Source: Escherichia coli
GTDB lineage: Bacteria > Pseudomonadota > Gammaproteobacteria > Enterobacterales > Enterobacteriaceae
Direction: 5' to 3' (one strand)
Assembly (NCBI RefSeq): GCF_003790525.1
Contig: NZ_CP033635.1
Length of the DNA: 64,000 nucleotides
Below the pieces are notes generated by a model that worked only from the letters and a program-made list of their open reading frames with translations, did not search any database and was not told where the DNA came from. The translations under genes were made by a program, and so were the position numbers. Below, one piece after another: positions 25,597 through 37,576 of this stretch (within the stretch, counting starts at the first letter, position 1; each line of letters begins with the position of its first letter).

Positions 25597-26667
25597 TTAC
25601 TCCCCAACGCGCTCATTAATTGCCTGCGGATTGTACGTGATAAACATCGCATCACCGTAACTAAAAAAGCGATATTTCTCTTCTACCGCTGCTTTATAGG
25701 CATTCATGGTGTGTTGGTAACCGGCAAAGGCCGAAACCAGCATAATCAACGTCGATTCCGGCAGGTGGAAGTTAGTCACCAGCGCATCGACCACTTTGTA
25801 CTGGAAGCCGGGATAGATAAAGATTTGGGTATCGTCAAAGAACGGTTCGATGAGATCGTTTTTCGCCGCCTGGGCCGCGCTTTCCAGCGAACGTACCGAG
25901 GTGGTGCCAACCGCAATCACCCGATTTCCACGCGCTTTCGCCGCCAGTACCGCGTCAACCACATCCTGCGGCACTTCTGCATATTCCGAGTGCATGATGT
26001 GGTCTTCAATGGTGTCGACGCGCACCGGCTGGAAGGTGCCCGCACCAACGTGCAGGGTGACAAACGCCATCTCCACGCCTTTGGCGCGTAATTTTTCCAG
26101 CAAAGGTTCGTCAAAATGCAGACCAGCGGTCGGGGCTGCAACCGCGCCCGGTTTTTCGCTATAAACGGTTTGATAAAGTTCGCGGTCAGCGTCTTCGTCC
26201 GGACGGTCGATATACGGCGGCAGCGGCATATGGCCGATGCTGTTGAGGATATCCAGTACCGAACGATCATCATTAAATTCGACTTCAAACAGTGCGCCGT
26301 GGCGCGCGGTCATTGTTGCGTTAATACTTTCGTCATCGCCCAGCAACAGTTCTGCGCCAGGTTTTGGCGCTTTCGAGGCGCGAATATGCGCAAGAATGCG
26401 TTTGTCGTCGAGCATCCGCTCAACCAGCACTTCAATCTTGCCGCCGCTGGCTTTACGCCCAAACAGACGCGCCGGGATCACGCGGGTATTATTAAAAACC
26501 AGAAGATCGCCGGGGTTGAGCTTATCGAGTAAATCGGTGAAAGTACCGTGCGTCAGCGCGCCCGTCGGCCCGTCCAGCGACAGTAAACGACAGCTACTGC
26601 GTTCAGGCATGGGATAGTGGGCAATCAGGGATTCGGGCAATTCAAAGGAGAAATCGGTAACGCGCAT
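25597..26667 (-). CDS. queA: S-adenosylmethionine:tRNA ribosyltransferase-isomerase
   Basis: 356 aa, [29 protein letters not shown]... Confidence 0.95.
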   Translation of the reverse strand: MRVTDFSFELPESLIAHYPMPERSSCRLLSLDGPTGALTHGTFTDLLDKLNPGDLLVFNNTRVIPARLFGRKASGGKIEVLVERMLDDKRILAHIRASKAPKPGAELLLGDDESINATMTARHGALFEVEFNDDRSVLDILNSIGHMPLPPYIDRPDEDADRELYQTVYSEKPGAVAAPTAGLHFDEPLLEKLRAKGVEMAFVTLHVGAGTFQPVRVDTIEDHIMHSEYAEVPQDVVDAVLAAKARGNRVIAVGTTSVRSLESAAQAAKNDLIEPFFDDTQIFIYPGFQYKVVDALVTNFHLPESTLIMLVSAFAGYQHTMNAYKAAVEEKYRFFSYGDAMFITYNPQAINERVGE

Positions 26668-26759
26668 GACACTGACTCAGACTAAAATAAGAGGCGGGTA
26701 GTCTAGTGCCGGGGCGCTCTCCCTGCAACCTTTACCCCCCTTTGGATAGAATATAATCG

Positions 26760-27341
26760 ATGAATTTTTTAGCTCACCTGCATTTAGCCCATCTCGCGGA
26801 AAGCTCGCTTTCCGGCAATTTGCTGGCTGATTTCGTACGCGGAAATCCTGAAGAAAGTTTTCCGCCCGACGTCGTGGCTGGCATTCATATGCATCGGCGT
26901 ATCGACGTACTAACCGACAATCTGCCGGAAGTCCGCGAAGCACGGGAATGGTTTCGTAGTGAAACTCGCCGCGTTGCGCCTATTACGCTGGATGTCATGT
27001 GGGATCACTTTCTTTCCCGCCACTGGTCGCAGCTGTCGCCGGACTTTCCGCTACAGGAATTTGTCTGTTATGCCCGCGAGCAAGTGATGACGATTTTGCC
27101 GGACTCACCGCCACGTTTTATCAATCTGAACAATTACTTGTGGTCAGAGCAGTGGCTGGTGCGCTATCGCGATATGGATTTCATCCAGAACGTGTTAAAC
27201 GGCATGGCAAGCCGTCGCCCACGTCTGGATGCCCTGCGTGACTCCTGGTACGATTTAGACGCCCATTACGATGCTCTCGAAACCCGCTTCTGGCAGTTTT
27301 ATCCGCGGATGATGGCGCAGGCGTCACGCAAGGCGCTCTGA
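26760..27341 (+). CDS. acpH: Acyl carrier protein phosphodiesterase
   Basis: 193 aa, [28 protein letters not shown]... Confidence 0.92.
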   Translation: MNFLAHLHLAHLAESSLSGNLLADFVRGNPEESFPPDVVAGIHMHRRIDVLTDNLPEVREAREWFRSETRRVAPITLDVMWDHFLSRHWSQLSPDFPLQEFVCYAREQVMTILPDSPPRFINLNNYLWSEQWLVRYRDMDFIQNVLNGMASRRPRLDALRDSWYDLDAHYDALETRFWQFYPRMMAQASRKAL

Positions 27342-27361
27342 AACTTCAAGCTCCGGCGTCA

Positions 27362-28807
27362 CTATTTTTTAGCATTCGCATCCAGCGGAGCGGCATAACA
27401 ACTGTAAGAAAAACATTCGCTGGAATGATTGGCGATATCTTTAAAGTTGCTTTCAGCAACCCCCTCGAACATGAGTACCGTTCTGGACAACTCTCCGTTG
27501 TCATTTATATGTGGAAAATCAAATTGTGTACTGAATCGCCATACATCTGTCTTTTCTGGCTCGCTGTTCACAGAGATACGTCGATGGAAGACTCCTCCTG
27601 AAAACGTGCGCCAGAACAATTGTTGATCAAAATCTTGTAATATCTCAGAGTTGGATGCTATTTGATGTAGTAAACCTGCATACCGTGGACTGCCATTACG
27701 AGCAACATTATGCAAACCCTGACTAAAAGCATCAAACAAACAATAGATGTGATCACTAGTGAAAAAAGGTCTTAATTTTTTTTGTTCTTCATCGCTGTAA
27801 TCCAGGAGCATCTCATTGATTTCTTCCGGTGAGAATTTTAAGACAAAATTATCCTCAGGATTTGTTTCTTTCTTGTTTTTTTCACTATTCTTCTCCTCAA
27901 TGGTCTTCGCATTTTGTTTCGCAATTTTTTCCTCAGTTTTTTTCGCAATTTTTTCCGCAATTTTTTCCCGAGTTTTTGATTTTAGACTAACACCATCGAT
28001 GTCAACCGATGTTGTTTTCAGATCTCTCTGCGCGTCTTTCAAATTTGTCTTATAGAGATCAGGCACTTTATCGGCAGATAAGTATCCGGATGAAGAAATC
28101 TGGTGTGTACGCATGGGGGGCTGTTCACAAAGCATCGAGGCTATATCGTCTTTAAACTCTTTTACATTAAAGTTATCGGCATTAACCTTCCCTGTTATAA
28201 ACCCCGCATCGGCAATTTTCTTCTCTAATTGTTTTGTACGTTTAGAATAATAAGCGTTGTTATCATAAAACTTTTCAAGAAGGGCCCACTCCTCAAGTTG
28301 CCTTATGTGATTTTTCAACTGTTGATGATCTATTTTATATTCATGTGTACTAGAATCATTTTGGTTGCAAGAGTTACAGATTTTTAAGCATAATTTTCCA
28401 TCAGATTTATCATCTATGGTATCAGTGAAAATATAGGACACTTCAATATTCTGCCCGTTCTTATCAGTCATCTCATATGACCATTGCCCCGTTCGTTTCG
28501 CATTCTTAATGAGTTCGATGGACTCTGCAGGACAACCATGAAGAATGGGCAGAATTTTATCAGGATGCTTAATGAGTAAAATTATTATATTTACAATGTT
28601 TGAAAAGAAATCTTTGCTATTTTTTATTTCATCGATTTTTTCCGCTGAAATGTTTACTAAGTTTTCATTTCCGGAAATGAAAAGCAATTTGCCATGGGGG
28701 CTTTTTTTAAATTGTTCTTCTGTTTTAGAAAAAACATCCTCTTTAAAAGGTGGCAACTCAGTACCAGGAATAAACGGTTTCAATAAATTCGAATTTGAAA
28801 TTGTCAT
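27362..28807 (-). CDS. Hypothetical 481-aa protein, no family recognised; AT-rich single-gene insertion between acpH and malZ
   Basis: Uninterrupted ORF with ATG at 28807 and ggag Shine-Dalgarno 7 nt upstream. Lys/Asn/Glu/Ser/Ile-rich, no signal peptide or TM helix, an internal (EKIA)n repeat, a CLKICNSC cysteine cluster and a more conserved-looking C-terminal third. Flanked by housekeeping genes; by eye clearly lower GC than the flanks. Confidence 0.6.
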   Translation of the reverse strand: MTISNSNLLKPFIPGTELPPFKEDVFSKTEEQFKKSPHGKLLFISGNENLVNISAEKIDEIKNSKDFFSNIVNIIILLIKHPDKILPILHGCPAESIELIKNAKRTGQWSYEMTDKNGQNIEVSYIFTDTIDDKSDGKLCLKICNSCNQNDSSTHEYKIDHQQLKNHIRQLEEWALLEKFYDNNAYYSKRTKQLEKKIADAGFITGKVNADNFNVKEFKDDIASMLCEQPPMRTHQISSSGYLSADKVPDLYKTNLKDAQRDLKTTSVDIDGVSLKSKTREKIAEKIAKKTEEKIAKQNAKTIEEKNSEKNKKETNPEDNFVLKFSPEEINEMLLDYSDEEQKKLRPFFTSDHIYCLFDAFSQGLHNVARNGSPRYAGLLHQIASNSEILQDFDQQLFWRTFSGGVFHRRISVNSEPEKTDVWRFSTQFDFPHINDNGELSRTVLMFEGVAESNFKDIANHSSECFSYSCYAAPLDANAKK

Positions 28808-28913
28808 ATCTTTGCTCCACTACAGGGTTATCCTGGAGCATGTTGTACATAACCTCATTGGCAAAGAATACCAAAAATCGCTCATATCGAACGGGACAAA
28901 TATTTAACAAACT

Positions 28914-28961
28914 CAGCCCTGACATTGAGCAGCTTTTTTGCGCTGCGTAGTGTCAGGGCTG
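28914..28961. repeat. Long inverted repeat in the malZ 3' region (possible terminator between malZ and the inserted gene)
   Basis: cagccctgaca (28914-28924) and tgtcagggctg (28951-28961) are perfect reverse complements around a 26-nt loop that itself contains a T-run. Confidence 0.4.
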
Positions 28962-28993
28962 GTGACTACGACGTAATAAATAAAACAGATGCT

Positions 28994-30808
28994 TTAGTTG
29001 ATCCACACCGTAGCCGAAATGGCAGGCAAAGCCAGAATCCCGTCTGTCAGTTGCCCATGGCCTTCTTTGCGTTGCCATTGCGCAACATTAAGCAACGGTG
29101 ACGCGGGTAGCACCACTTCACAGGCTTCTCCACGGTTGATTGCCACCAGTACACGCTGCTGATTCAGCACGCGGCCAAATACCACCACGTTATCTTCCGC
29201 ATACAGCACCTGACAGCCGCCACGACGCAGCGCCTGACTTTTCTTACGCAGCGCAATCATTCGCTGGTACAGCGCGAATAACGCCGTATCCTGCTTTTCC
29301 ACCTGCCAGGGGAACGGTTTACGGCAAAACGGATCGTTTTTACCATCCAGCCCCACTTCATCACCGTAATAAATGCACGGTACACCAGGCCAGGTGAACA
29401 ACCAGACCACCGCCAGCGGCAGGCGCGCAATATCCCGACCGAGCAGCGTTTTAAATCGCGCAGTATCGTGGCTATCGAGCTGATTAAACATACGCAGTTG
29501 CTGTTGATGAGAAAGTCCGGCGCGGTAATTATCCATCCAGGCCATACAGGTTTGGGCGTCAATTTGCTGCGGATCATAAGAGATGTCGGTATTGGCAAGA
29601 AATCCCCACAACGGGAATGTGAAGCCGCGATAGTTCATGGCGGCATCTTCCACATCGGCCTGTAACCATTGCCGTGCATCGCCAAAATGCTCTCCAACGA
29701 TATACGCTTCCGGCTGGGTTTCTTTCGCCGCTTCGGTGATCCCGGCAACGTGCTGCAAATTATTGCGCGCCCCACCCGCTTCCCCCAGCATATGCACCAC
29801 ATCCAGCCGCCAGCCGTCCATATTCCACGGCGCTTTCAGCCAGTGGCGGACAATACTGTCTTCCCCGCGATAAATTTCATTCACCAGACTTTCCGACTGA
29901 TAATCCAGTTTCGGCAAGCTGGCATAGCCCAGCCAGTCGAGCGCCGTGCCATCGTCACTAAACGAGTACCAGTCGCGCCAGGGCGATTCGGGGTTGTGAC
30001 AAGCACCACCCGTGCCACGATTGTGCCTGTCAAACCAGGCATGGGAATCGCCACTGTGGTTAAACACGCCATCCAGCACCAGCCGCATTCCCAGCTGCTG
30101 CGTATGGTGTCGCAAACGCAGCAACGCTCCGTCGCCGCCAAACTGCGGATCGACGTGGCGATAATCCTCTGTATCGTATTTATGTACGCTGGGGGCTTTA
30201 AACACCGGGTTAAGATACAGCGCCGTCACGCCGAGCTTTTTCAGATACGGCAGTTTTTCGCTGATACCGTCCAGATCGCCGCCATAGAACGTTGATCCGC
30301 CCGCCTGCGCCGTGACCGGTTCATCCCAGTCACGCAATATGATCTCTTGTCCGGCTGCGTGATGGTAATAAACATGATCCTGTTCAGCTTCACGAGGAAG
30401 ACTACGGGCGAAACGATCAGGGAAGATCTGATAAAAAATCTGATCCGCAGCCCATTGTGGGCCGATATCCGGGACATCGACAGCAAACTGCTCCAGTCGT
30501 GCTGGCGGCATTCGGCTGAAGCCCTGCGGTGTAAACCAACGCTGGCGATCGTGCCACAGTAATTTGAAACTATAACGCCGCCGAGGTTGCCCGCTGGAGA
30601 GATCGATCGCCGCCCGCCATGCGGTAACGCCAGGCTGCGGCTGACTGCGCTGCTTATGCATCGCTACTGACGTTTCTTCGTTGTCGTGTTCTGTACGCAG
30701 CATAATGCGCTGCGGTGGGTCTTCGCCCGTCAGCCACAGTGTAATAAGCAGTTGATCTTTGCTTTGTTTAACAAATGGGGGCACCGGCAGGTGCCATGCA
30801 TTTAACAT
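28994..30808 (-). CDS. malZ: Maltodextrin glucosidase
   Basis: About 604 aa GH13 enzyme, [45 protein letters not shown]... Confidence 0.93.
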   Translation of the reverse strand: MLNAWHLPVPPFVKQSKDQLLITLWLTGEDPPQRIMLRTEHDNEETSVAMHKQRSQPQPGVTAWRAAIDLSSGQPRRRYSFKLLWHDRQRWFTPQGFSRMPPARLEQFAVDVPDIGPQWAADQIFYQIFPDRFARSLPREAEQDHVYYHHAAGQEIILRDWDEPVTAQAGGSTFYGGDLDGISEKLPYLKKLGVTALYLNPVFKAPSVHKYDTEDYRHVDPQFGGDGALLRLRHHTQQLGMRLVLDGVFNHSGDSHAWFDRHNRGTGGACHNPESPWRDWYSFSDDGTALDWLGYASLPKLDYQSESLVNEIYRGEDSIVRHWLKAPWNMDGWRLDVVHMLGEAGGARNNLQHVAGITEAAKETQPEAYIVGEHFGDARQWLQADVEDAAMNYRGFTFPLWGFLANTDISYDPQQIDAQTCMAWMDNYRAGLSHQQQLRMFNQLDSHDTARFKTLLGRDIARLPLAVVWLFTWPGVPCIYYGDEVGLDGKNDPFCRKPFPWQVEKQDTALFALYQRMIALRKKSQALRRGGCQVLYAEDNVVVFGRVLNQQRVLVAINRGEACEVVLPASPLLNVAQWQRKEGHGQLTDGILALPAISATVWIN

Positions 30809-30966
30809 CATAATTCCCCTGTGATGAAAATCTGATCACCTTGCCATAGCCTAATGCAGGATCACTCATCATCTGAAGGATATTTGGGGGAGGAGGACGG
30901 GGGCGGATAACTTTCGGAATAGCCGGATCAGGATTTCCTCCTGAACCGGCTTACAGAACGCAAGGA

Positions 30967-32340
30967 TTACTGGTTTTCAGCCAGCTGACGATCGTGGCGG
31001 CGTTTAAACATCCAGCCAATCAACAGCACAACAATCCACGCGAAACCAACGTACAGCGAGATACGCGTATCCGGGTGATAACCAATCAACCCGATAATAA
31101 AGAGCAGGAAAATCAAACCGCCGATGGTCGTTGCTACCCCACCCGGCACTTTAAATTTCAGCGCCTTAACTTCTTCTGGAGGCAAACGGCGACGGAAGGC
31201 GATTTGCGACAGCAGGATCATAATCCACACCCACACCGTGGCGAAGGTTGCCAGCGAAGCGATCACCAGGAAGACGTTTTCCGGCATGATGTAGTTCAGA
31301 TACACCGCAAATAGCAGCGCGGTAGTCATCACCAGCACCGTAACCCACGGAATACCGCGACGCGAGGTTTTGCTGAAAATTTTTGGCGCGCTGCCCTGCT
31401 CTGCCATACCGTGGAGCATACGGCCTACGCCAAATACGTCACTGTTAATTGCCGACAGCGAAGCGGTCAGCACAACAAAGTTAAGAATGCTGGCGGCAAA
31501 GGTAATGCCCATATGCTGGAACGTCAGCACGAACGGGCTACCGGCAGTGCCAACCTGATTCCACGGGTAGATAGACATTATGACGAACAGCGTACCGACG
31601 TAGAACACCAGAATACGCATCGGCACGGAGTTAATCGCACGCGGAATCGATTTCTCAGGATCTTTCGCTTCACCGGCGGTAATCCCGATAATTTCGATCC
31701 CACCGTAAGCAAACATCACCATTTGCAACGACATCACCATACCAAGCCAGCCGTTACTGAAGAAGCCGCCGTTGCTCCACAGGTTATGAATACCGGTCGG
31801 TTGCCCGCCGTTGCCAATTCCCCAGATGATGATGCCGAAACCGGCGACAATCATGATGATGATAGTGGCGACTTTAAAGAACGAGAACCAGAACTCCAGC
31901 TCACCGAATACCTTCACGCTCATCAGGTTTACGGCGCAAATGATCAGCACCACGCTCAGTACCCAAATCCAGTGCGGCACCGTCGGGAACCAGACCCCCA
32001 TATAGATACCAAAAGCGGTCACATCGGCGATGGCGACAATTAGGATTTCAAAGCAGTAGGTCCAGCCGGTAATGTAACCTGCCAGCGGTCCGAGGTTTTC
32101 CTGCGCATAACGCGAGAAAGAGCTGGCGGCCGGGTTATGTACCGACATTTCCCCCAGCGCGCGCATAATGATATACGCCGCGATACCACCGATAATATAG
32201 GCCAACAACACGCTTGGACCGGCCATTTTGATGGCATCTGCCGAACCGTAAAACAGCCCGGTGCCAATTGCTGAACCCAGTGCCATAAAGCGTATGTGTC
32301 GGGTACTTAGCCCACGCTTTAGCTTGTTCTTACTTTCCAT
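30967..32340 (-). CDS. proY: Proline-specific permease (APC family)
   Basis: 457 aa amino acid permease, [30 protein letters not shown]. Confidence 0.92.
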   Translation of the reverse strand: MESKNKLKRGLSTRHIRFMALGSAIGTGLFYGSADAIKMAGPSVLLAYIIGGIAAYIIMRALGEMSVHNPAASSFSRYAQENLGPLAGYITGWTYCFEILIVAIADVTAFGIYMGVWFPTVPHWIWVLSVVLIICAVNLMSVKVFGELEFWFSFFKVATIIIMIVAGFGIIIWGIGNGGQPTGIHNLWSNGGFFSNGWLGMVMSLQMVMFAYGGIEIIGITAGEAKDPEKSIPRAINSVPMRILVFYVGTLFVIMSIYPWNQVGTAGSPFVLTFQHMGITFAASILNFVVLTASLSAINSDVFGVGRMLHGMAEQGSAPKIFSKTSRRGIPWVTVLVMTTALLFAVYLNYIMPENVFLVIASLATFATVWVWIMILLSQIAFRRRLPPEEVKALKFKVPGGVATTIGGLIFLLFIIGLIGYHPDTRISLYVGFAWIVVLLIGWMFKRRHDRQLAENQ

Positions 32341-32415
32341 CAATTCCTAACCCATCAACACAATAAAAAACCACGGGGCATCGCAGCCCCGTGGTTAAAA
32401 CAAATGTTCAGTGAT

Positions 32416-33735
32416 TTAGTGAGCGCTGGAGGTCACCTGACGACCTGCCGCACGATCCCAGATAATGGCCAGAACCACCATCACCACTGTTGGCATTAAC
32501 CACGCCAGACCTTGTTCGGCCAGCGGTAAACGCTGCGCCCAGGACGGTAAGATATCGCTGAATGCAGATGCCTTGATCCCGTCGAGAATACCAAAAAGCA
32601 GGCTGATAAACATCGGCGGAGCAATCACGCGGGACGAATTATGCCACCATGAGCGTGTAAAACTTAATACAACCAGTGCGATACACGGCGGATAAATGGC
32701 GGTCAACACCGGTACAGAGATCTGAATCAGCTGGCTCAAGCCGAGGTTAGACACCACCATCGAGAAGCCGCCGAGGATAAACACCAGCGTACGATAAGAG
32801 AGCGGTACGTACTGGGCGAAGAATTCTGCACAAGCACAGGTCAGGCCAACCGCCGTGACCAGGCAGGCGATGAAGATTAACGCCGCCAGCAGGAAGCTAC
32901 CGCCGCCGCCAAAGGTATGCTGAACGTAAGCATGCAGGATCGCCGCACCGTTTGCAGACTGATCGACCAGCGACGCGCTGTCTGAACCCAGACGGAACAG
33001 CGCCAGATACAGCAGAGTCAGACCAACACCCGCCATCAGGCCAGCCCAGACGGTATAACGGGTCAGCAGACGCGCTTCGGTAACGCCACGAGAACGCGCC
33101 GCGTTAACAATAACGATACCAAACACCATTGCGCCCAGCGTATCCATGGTCAGATAGCCGTTGACGAAGCCGTTAGAAAACGCAGCGTTTTGATAAGCCT
33201 CAGTCGCCGTGCTGATAGAACCCGCCGGCCAGATAATTGCGGCAACAGACAGGATGACCAGCGCGATAATTTTCAGCGGCGCAAGGAAGTTGCCCACGGT
33301 ATCCAGCAGCTTGCCCGGATAGAGCGAAACCAGAATAACGATAGCGAAATAAACCAGGCTGTAGATAAACAGCGGCAACGCGGAATCACCCGTCAGCGGC
33401 GCAATGCCCACTTCAAAAGAAACGGTAGCTGTACGCGGCGTAGCGAAAAGCGGCCCCACCGCCAGGTAACACACCGTTGCCAGCAGTACGCCAGCGACTT
33501 TACCGATTGGCGTGCTGAGGCTGTCAACACCGCCGCCAACTTTCGCCAGCGCCACCACCGTTAACACCGGTAGGCCAACGGCAGTAATGAGGAAACCGAA
33601 TGCCGCAGTCCAGACGTGTTCGCCTGCCTGCAAGCCGACCATTGGAGGGAAAATAATGTTACCTGCGCCGACGAACAACGCAAATGTCATAAAGCCCAGA
33701 GCGATGATATCGCGCGATCTTAATTGATGGGTCAT
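32416..33735 (-). CDS. brnQ: Branched-chain amino acid transport system II carrier
   Basis: 439 aa LIVCS-family membrane protein, [31 protein letters not shown]. Confidence 0.93.
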   Translation of the reverse strand: MTHQLRSRDIIALGFMTFALFVGAGNIIFPPMVGLQAGEHVWTAAFGFLITAVGLPVLTVVALAKVGGGVDSLSTPIGKVAGVLLATVCYLAVGPLFATPRTATVSFEVGIAPLTGDSALPLFIYSLVYFAIVILVSLYPGKLLDTVGNFLAPLKIIALVILSVAAIIWPAGSISTATEAYQNAAFSNGFVNGYLTMDTLGAMVFGIVIVNAARSRGVTEARLLTRYTVWAGLMAGVGLTLLYLALFRLGSDSASLVDQSANGAAILHAYVQHTFGGGGSFLLAALIFIACLVTAVGLTCACAEFFAQYVPLSYRTLVFILGGFSMVVSNLGLSQLIQISVPVLTAIYPPCIALVVLSFTRSWWHNSSRVIAPPMFISLLFGILDGIKASAFSDILPSWAQRLPLAEQGLAWLMPTVVMVVLAIIWDRAAGRQVTSSAH

Positions 33736-34141
33736 AAATCATACTGCCTGTGGATGTGGTGTTGTAACGTTAAATTTTTGTGCCAATCCCTGGGGATGAT
33801 ACAGCGGTATATTTAAACAATTTTAGCGGGAAATACTCCCAACCAGGCGCGGCGAAGAATAGTTTTTCGATTTACCGCGTAAATGCAGTCAGTATGACAG
33901 CACCTGAAGCGCAATTTAAACGCTTATAACGTTTTAAAGCAAGAAGGGATCTAAAAACCAGAGGTATATAGCGATAAGAAATCACCAACCAGTATAAAAC
34001 ACTATTTCAATGAAAAAGACATGGCTAATCATGCGAACAAAAAATCACCAACCATTGTAAAATCTAACGCCCGTATTTCGACTGCAAAGAAAATAAGCCA
34101 GCATCGGCTGGCTTATGGCAATAAAAGATGACAAAGGCGAA

Positions 34142-35437
34142 TTAATCGCTGTTTTTGGCAATTAAACGTTCCGGGATAACAAAACTGAAACGTGTACCTT
34201 TTCCTACTGTACTCTCAATATTCAGGCGACTTTCGTGATGATTCACCGCATGTTTCACGATCGCTAACCCTAATCCGCTACCACCGGTTTGCCGGGAACG
34301 CGCTTTATCAACGCGATAAAAACGCTCGGTCAGGCGCGGAATATGCTCCGGTGCAATGCCCGGTCCGTTATCTTCAACGCTAAATTCGGCACCATGCGGC
34401 ACTCGCTGCCAGCGTACGGTGATATGCGTGCCTTCCGGCGTATGATTCACGGCGTTATAGACCAGGTTCGAAATCGCACTGCGTAGCTGATCTTCGCTGC
34501 CTGACACCTTGAGGCCGTTATCTATCTCAAAGGTAAATGTCTGTTTTTTCTGACTCAGAGTCTGAGCCTCGCGCTCAACAACGCGCAGCATCATCGGCAC
34601 ATCAACCTTTTCATTGAGCAACTGCGTCGGTGCGGCTTCTATTTTCGACAGCGTCAGCAATTGCTTCACCAGCCCTTCCATCCGCTGTGTCTGCTCGCGC
34701 ATGGTGTGCAACGCTTTTTCACGTACCGCGCCTTCCAGCGGTTGCTCATCCATCATCTCCAGGTAACCCTGTAACACGGTCAATGGCGTACGTAACTCAT
34801 GGCTCACGTTGGCAAAAAAGTTACGCCGCGCCCCTTCCAGTTGATGCATTTGCGTCACATCACGCGCCACCATCAGCAACTGTTTGTGGGTATAAGGCAT
34901 GACGCGAATTTCCAGATGCCGCCCGGTATTGAGCACCAGATTGAGCGGGCGAGAAAAATCACGCGTTTTCAGATATTGCGTAAACTCCGGATAACGAAGC
35001 AGATTAAGGATGTTCTGCCCGTTATCTTCCGGCCAGCGCAAACCAAGAATTTGTTGCGCCAGACCATTACACCAGAAAATACCGCCCTCTTCCGTGGTCA
35101 GCACCACCGCATCAGGCAGCGACTCCGCGCCGCTACGAAAGCGTTTAATCAGATTGCCCAGTTCGCGGCGGCGTTTTTTATTTCGCAACTGCATCTGGTG
35201 TAATCCGTATAGCAGCGGTTCCCAGCTACCACGCCCCGGTGGCGGGGTCATACTACGATCCACCCACAGCCACCATGAAAGGCGCAATAAATTCCAGAAA
35301 TGCCAGATAAGCAGTCCCGTTACCGATGCCAGCAAAAACCAGGGCAGGTAACCAAAAAATGCACCCAGGATGAAAGCCGGGAGGCAGCAAAGTAGCAGCT
35401 CCAGCACCAGCCTTTTCCACGACAGCCGTTCCAGCAC
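34142..35437 (-). CDS. phoR: Phosphate regulon sensor histidine kinase
   Basis: 431 aa with N-terminal TM segment, PAS region, H-box ([11 protein letters not shown]) and ATPase G-boxes. Confidence 0.95.
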   Translation of the reverse strand: MLERLSWKRLVLELLLCCLPAFILGAFFGYLPWFLLASVTGLLIWHFWNLLRLSWWLWVDRSMTPPPGRGSWEPLLYGLHQMQLRNKKRRRELGNLIKRFRSGAESLPDAVVLTTEEGGIFWCNGLAQQILGLRWPEDNGQNILNLLRYPEFTQYLKTRDFSRPLNLVLNTGRHLEIRVMPYTHKQLLMVARDVTQMHQLEGARRNFFANVSHELRTPLTVLQGYLEMMDEQPLEGAVREKALHTMREQTQRMEGLVKQLLTLSKIEAAPTQLLNEKVDVPMMLRVVEREAQTLSQKKQTFTFEIDNGLKVSGSEDQLRSAISNLVYNAVNHTPEGTHITVRWQRVPHGAEFSVEDNGPGIAPEHIPRLTERFYRVDKARSRQTGGSGLGLAIVKHAVNHHESRLNIESTVGKGTRFSFVIPERLIAKNSD

Positions 35438-35494
35438 GTAAGATACTCCAGTTAAGAATTCATAAGCCCTGCTCTGCGTCCGATGAGCAAGGCG

Positions 35495-36184
35495 TTAAAA
35501 GCGGGTTGAAAAACGATATCCTGTACCGCGCACGGTCTGCACCATGCGGTCATGCCCGCCGGGCTCCAGTGCTTTACGCAGGCGACGAATGTGGACATCG
35601 ACCGTACGATCTTCCACATACACGTTGGTTCCCCAGACGTGGTTTAACAGCTGCTCGCGGCTGTACACGCGCTCAGGATGCGTCATAAAAAAGTGCAGCA
35701 GTTTAAATTCTGTCGGCCCCATCTCCAGCGGTTCTTCGCCCGCCATCACCCGGTGAGATGTCGGGTCGAGACTGAGCCCCTGCATCTCAATCACCTCTTC
35801 CACCGCCATTGGCGAAATACGGCGCATTACCGCTTTGATTCGCGCCACCAGCTCCTTCGGCGAAAACGGCTTGGTGATATAGTCATCCGCACCGGTTTCA
35901 AGGCCGCGCACGCGATCTTCTTCTTCCCCTCTGGCGGTCAACATCACCACTGGAATATCCCGGGTCATCGACTCGCGCTTGAGGTGTTTGATGAACTGGA
36001 TACCGGAGCCGCCAGGTAACATCCAGTCAAGGAGAATTAAATCCGGCCAGGGTTCATTCAGTTGATTCACAGCACTGTCATAATCTTCCGCTTCGACCGG
36101 CTGAAAGCCATTTTGTTCGAGCACGAAGCAGACCATTTCGCGAATTGGTGCTTCATCTTCTACGACCAGAATACGTCTCGCCAT
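35495..36184 (-). CDS. phoB: Phosphate regulon response regulator
   Basis: 229 aa, [42 protein letters not shown]..., OmpR-type winged helix. Confidence 0.96.
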
Positions 36185-36227
36185 GATTTGCCCTGTTGTA
36201 ATAAATAGGTTGCGATCATTAATGCGA

Positions 36228-36266
36228 CGTCATTATGCGTCAGATTTATGACAGATTTATGAAAAG
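36228..36266 (-). promoter_or_regulatory. Pho box(es) in the phoB promoter
   Basis: Minus-strand reading gives TTTTCATAAATCTGTCATAAATCTGACGCATAATGACG, i.e. tandem CTGTCAT-type direct repeats 45-80 nt upstream of the phoB ATG. Confidence 0.7.
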
Positions 36267-36373
36267 CTCGTCGCACATATCTTCAGGTTATTGATTTCCG
36301 TGGCGCAGAAAAAAGCAAATGGCACATCTGTTTGGGTATAATCGCGCCCATGCTTTTTCGCCAGGGAACCGTT

Positions 36374-37576
36374 ATGCGCATCCTTCACACCTCAGACTGG
36401 CATCTCGGCCAGAACTTCTACAGTAAAAGCCGCGAAGCTGAACATCAGGCTTTTCTTGACTGGCTGCTGGAGACAGCACAAACCCATCAGGTGGATGCGA
36501 TTATTGTTGCTGGTGATGTTTTCGATACCGGCTCACCGCCCAGTTACGCCCGCACGTTATACAACCGTTTTGTTGTCAATTTACAGCAAACTGGCTGTCA
36601 TCTGGTGGTACTGGCAGGAAACCATGACTCGGTCGCCACGCTGAATGAATCGCGCGATATCATGGCGTTCCTCAATACTACCGTGGTCGCCAGCGCCGGA
36701 CATGCGCCGCAAATCTTGCCTCGTCGCGACGGGACGCCAGGCGCAGTGCTGTGCCCCATACCTTTTTTACGCCCGCGTGACATTATTACCAGCCAGGCGG
36801 GGCTTAACGGTATTGAAAAACAGCAGCATTTGCTGGCGGCTATTACTGATTATTATCAACAACATTATGCCGATGCCTGCAAACTGCGCGGCGATCAGCC
36901 TCTGCCCATCATCGCCACGGGACATTTAACGACCGTGGGTGCCAGTAAAAGTGACGCCGTGCGTGACATTTATATTGGCACGCTGGACGCGTTTCCGGCA
37001 CAAAACTTTCCACCAGCCGACTACATCGCGCTCGGGCATATTCACCGCGCGCAGATTATTGGCGGCATGGAACATGTTCGCTATTGCGGTTCCCCCATAC
37101 CACTGAGTTTTGATGAATGCGGTAAGAGTAAATATGTCCATCTGGTGACATTTTCAAACGGCAAATTAGAGAGCGTGGAAAACCTGAACGTACCGGTAAC
37201 GCAACCCATGGCGGTGCTGAAAGGCGATCTGGCGTCGATTACCGAACAGCTGGAACAGTGGCGCGATGTATCACAGGAGCCACCTGTCTGGCTGGATATC
37301 GAAATCACTACTGATGAGTATCTGCATGATATTCAGCGCAAAATCCAGGCATTAACCGAATCATTGCCCGTTGAAGTATTGCTGGTACGCCGGAGTCGTG
37401 AACAGCGCGAGCGTGTGTTAGCCAGCCAACAGCGTGAAACCCTCAGCGAACTCAGCGTCGAAGAGGTGTTCAATCGCCGTCTGGCACTGGAAGAACTGGA
37501 TGAATCACAGCAGCAACGTCTGCAGCATCTTTTCGCCACGACATTGCATAGCCTCGCCGGAGAACACGAAGCATGA
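36374..37576 (+). CDS. sbcD: Nuclease SbcCD subunit D
   Basis: 400 aa Mre11-like phosphoesterase, [30 protein letters not shown]; the track ORF starts at an upstream codon. Confidence 0.93.
   Translation: MRILHTSDWHLGQNFYSKSREAEHQAFLDWLLETAQTHQVDAIIVAGDVFDTGSPPSYARTLYNRFVVNLQQTGCHLVVLAGNHDSVATLNESRDIMAFLNTTVVASAGHAPQILPRRDGTPGAVLCPIPFLRPRDIITSQAGLNGIEKQQHLLAAITDYYQQHYADACKLRGDQPLPIIATGHLTTVGASKSDAVRDIYIGTLDAFPAQNFPPADYIALGHIHRAQIIGGMEHVRYCGSPIPLSFDECGKSKYVHLVTFSNGKLESVENLNVPVTQPMAVLKGDLASITEQLEQWRDVSQEPPVWLDIEITTDEYLHDIQRKIQALTESLPVEVLLVRRSREQRERVLASQQRETLSELSVEEVFNRRLALEELDESQQQRLQHLFATTLHSLAGEHEA

Noticed and set aside
27362-28807. Possibility that the 481-aa ORF is a pseudogene remnant or non-coding AT-rich spacer
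   Set aside because: The frame is open for 1446 nt in AT-rich DNA, where stop codons are otherwise frequent, and has a canonical ribosome-binding site and ATG, so a real gene is more likely; expression remains unverified.
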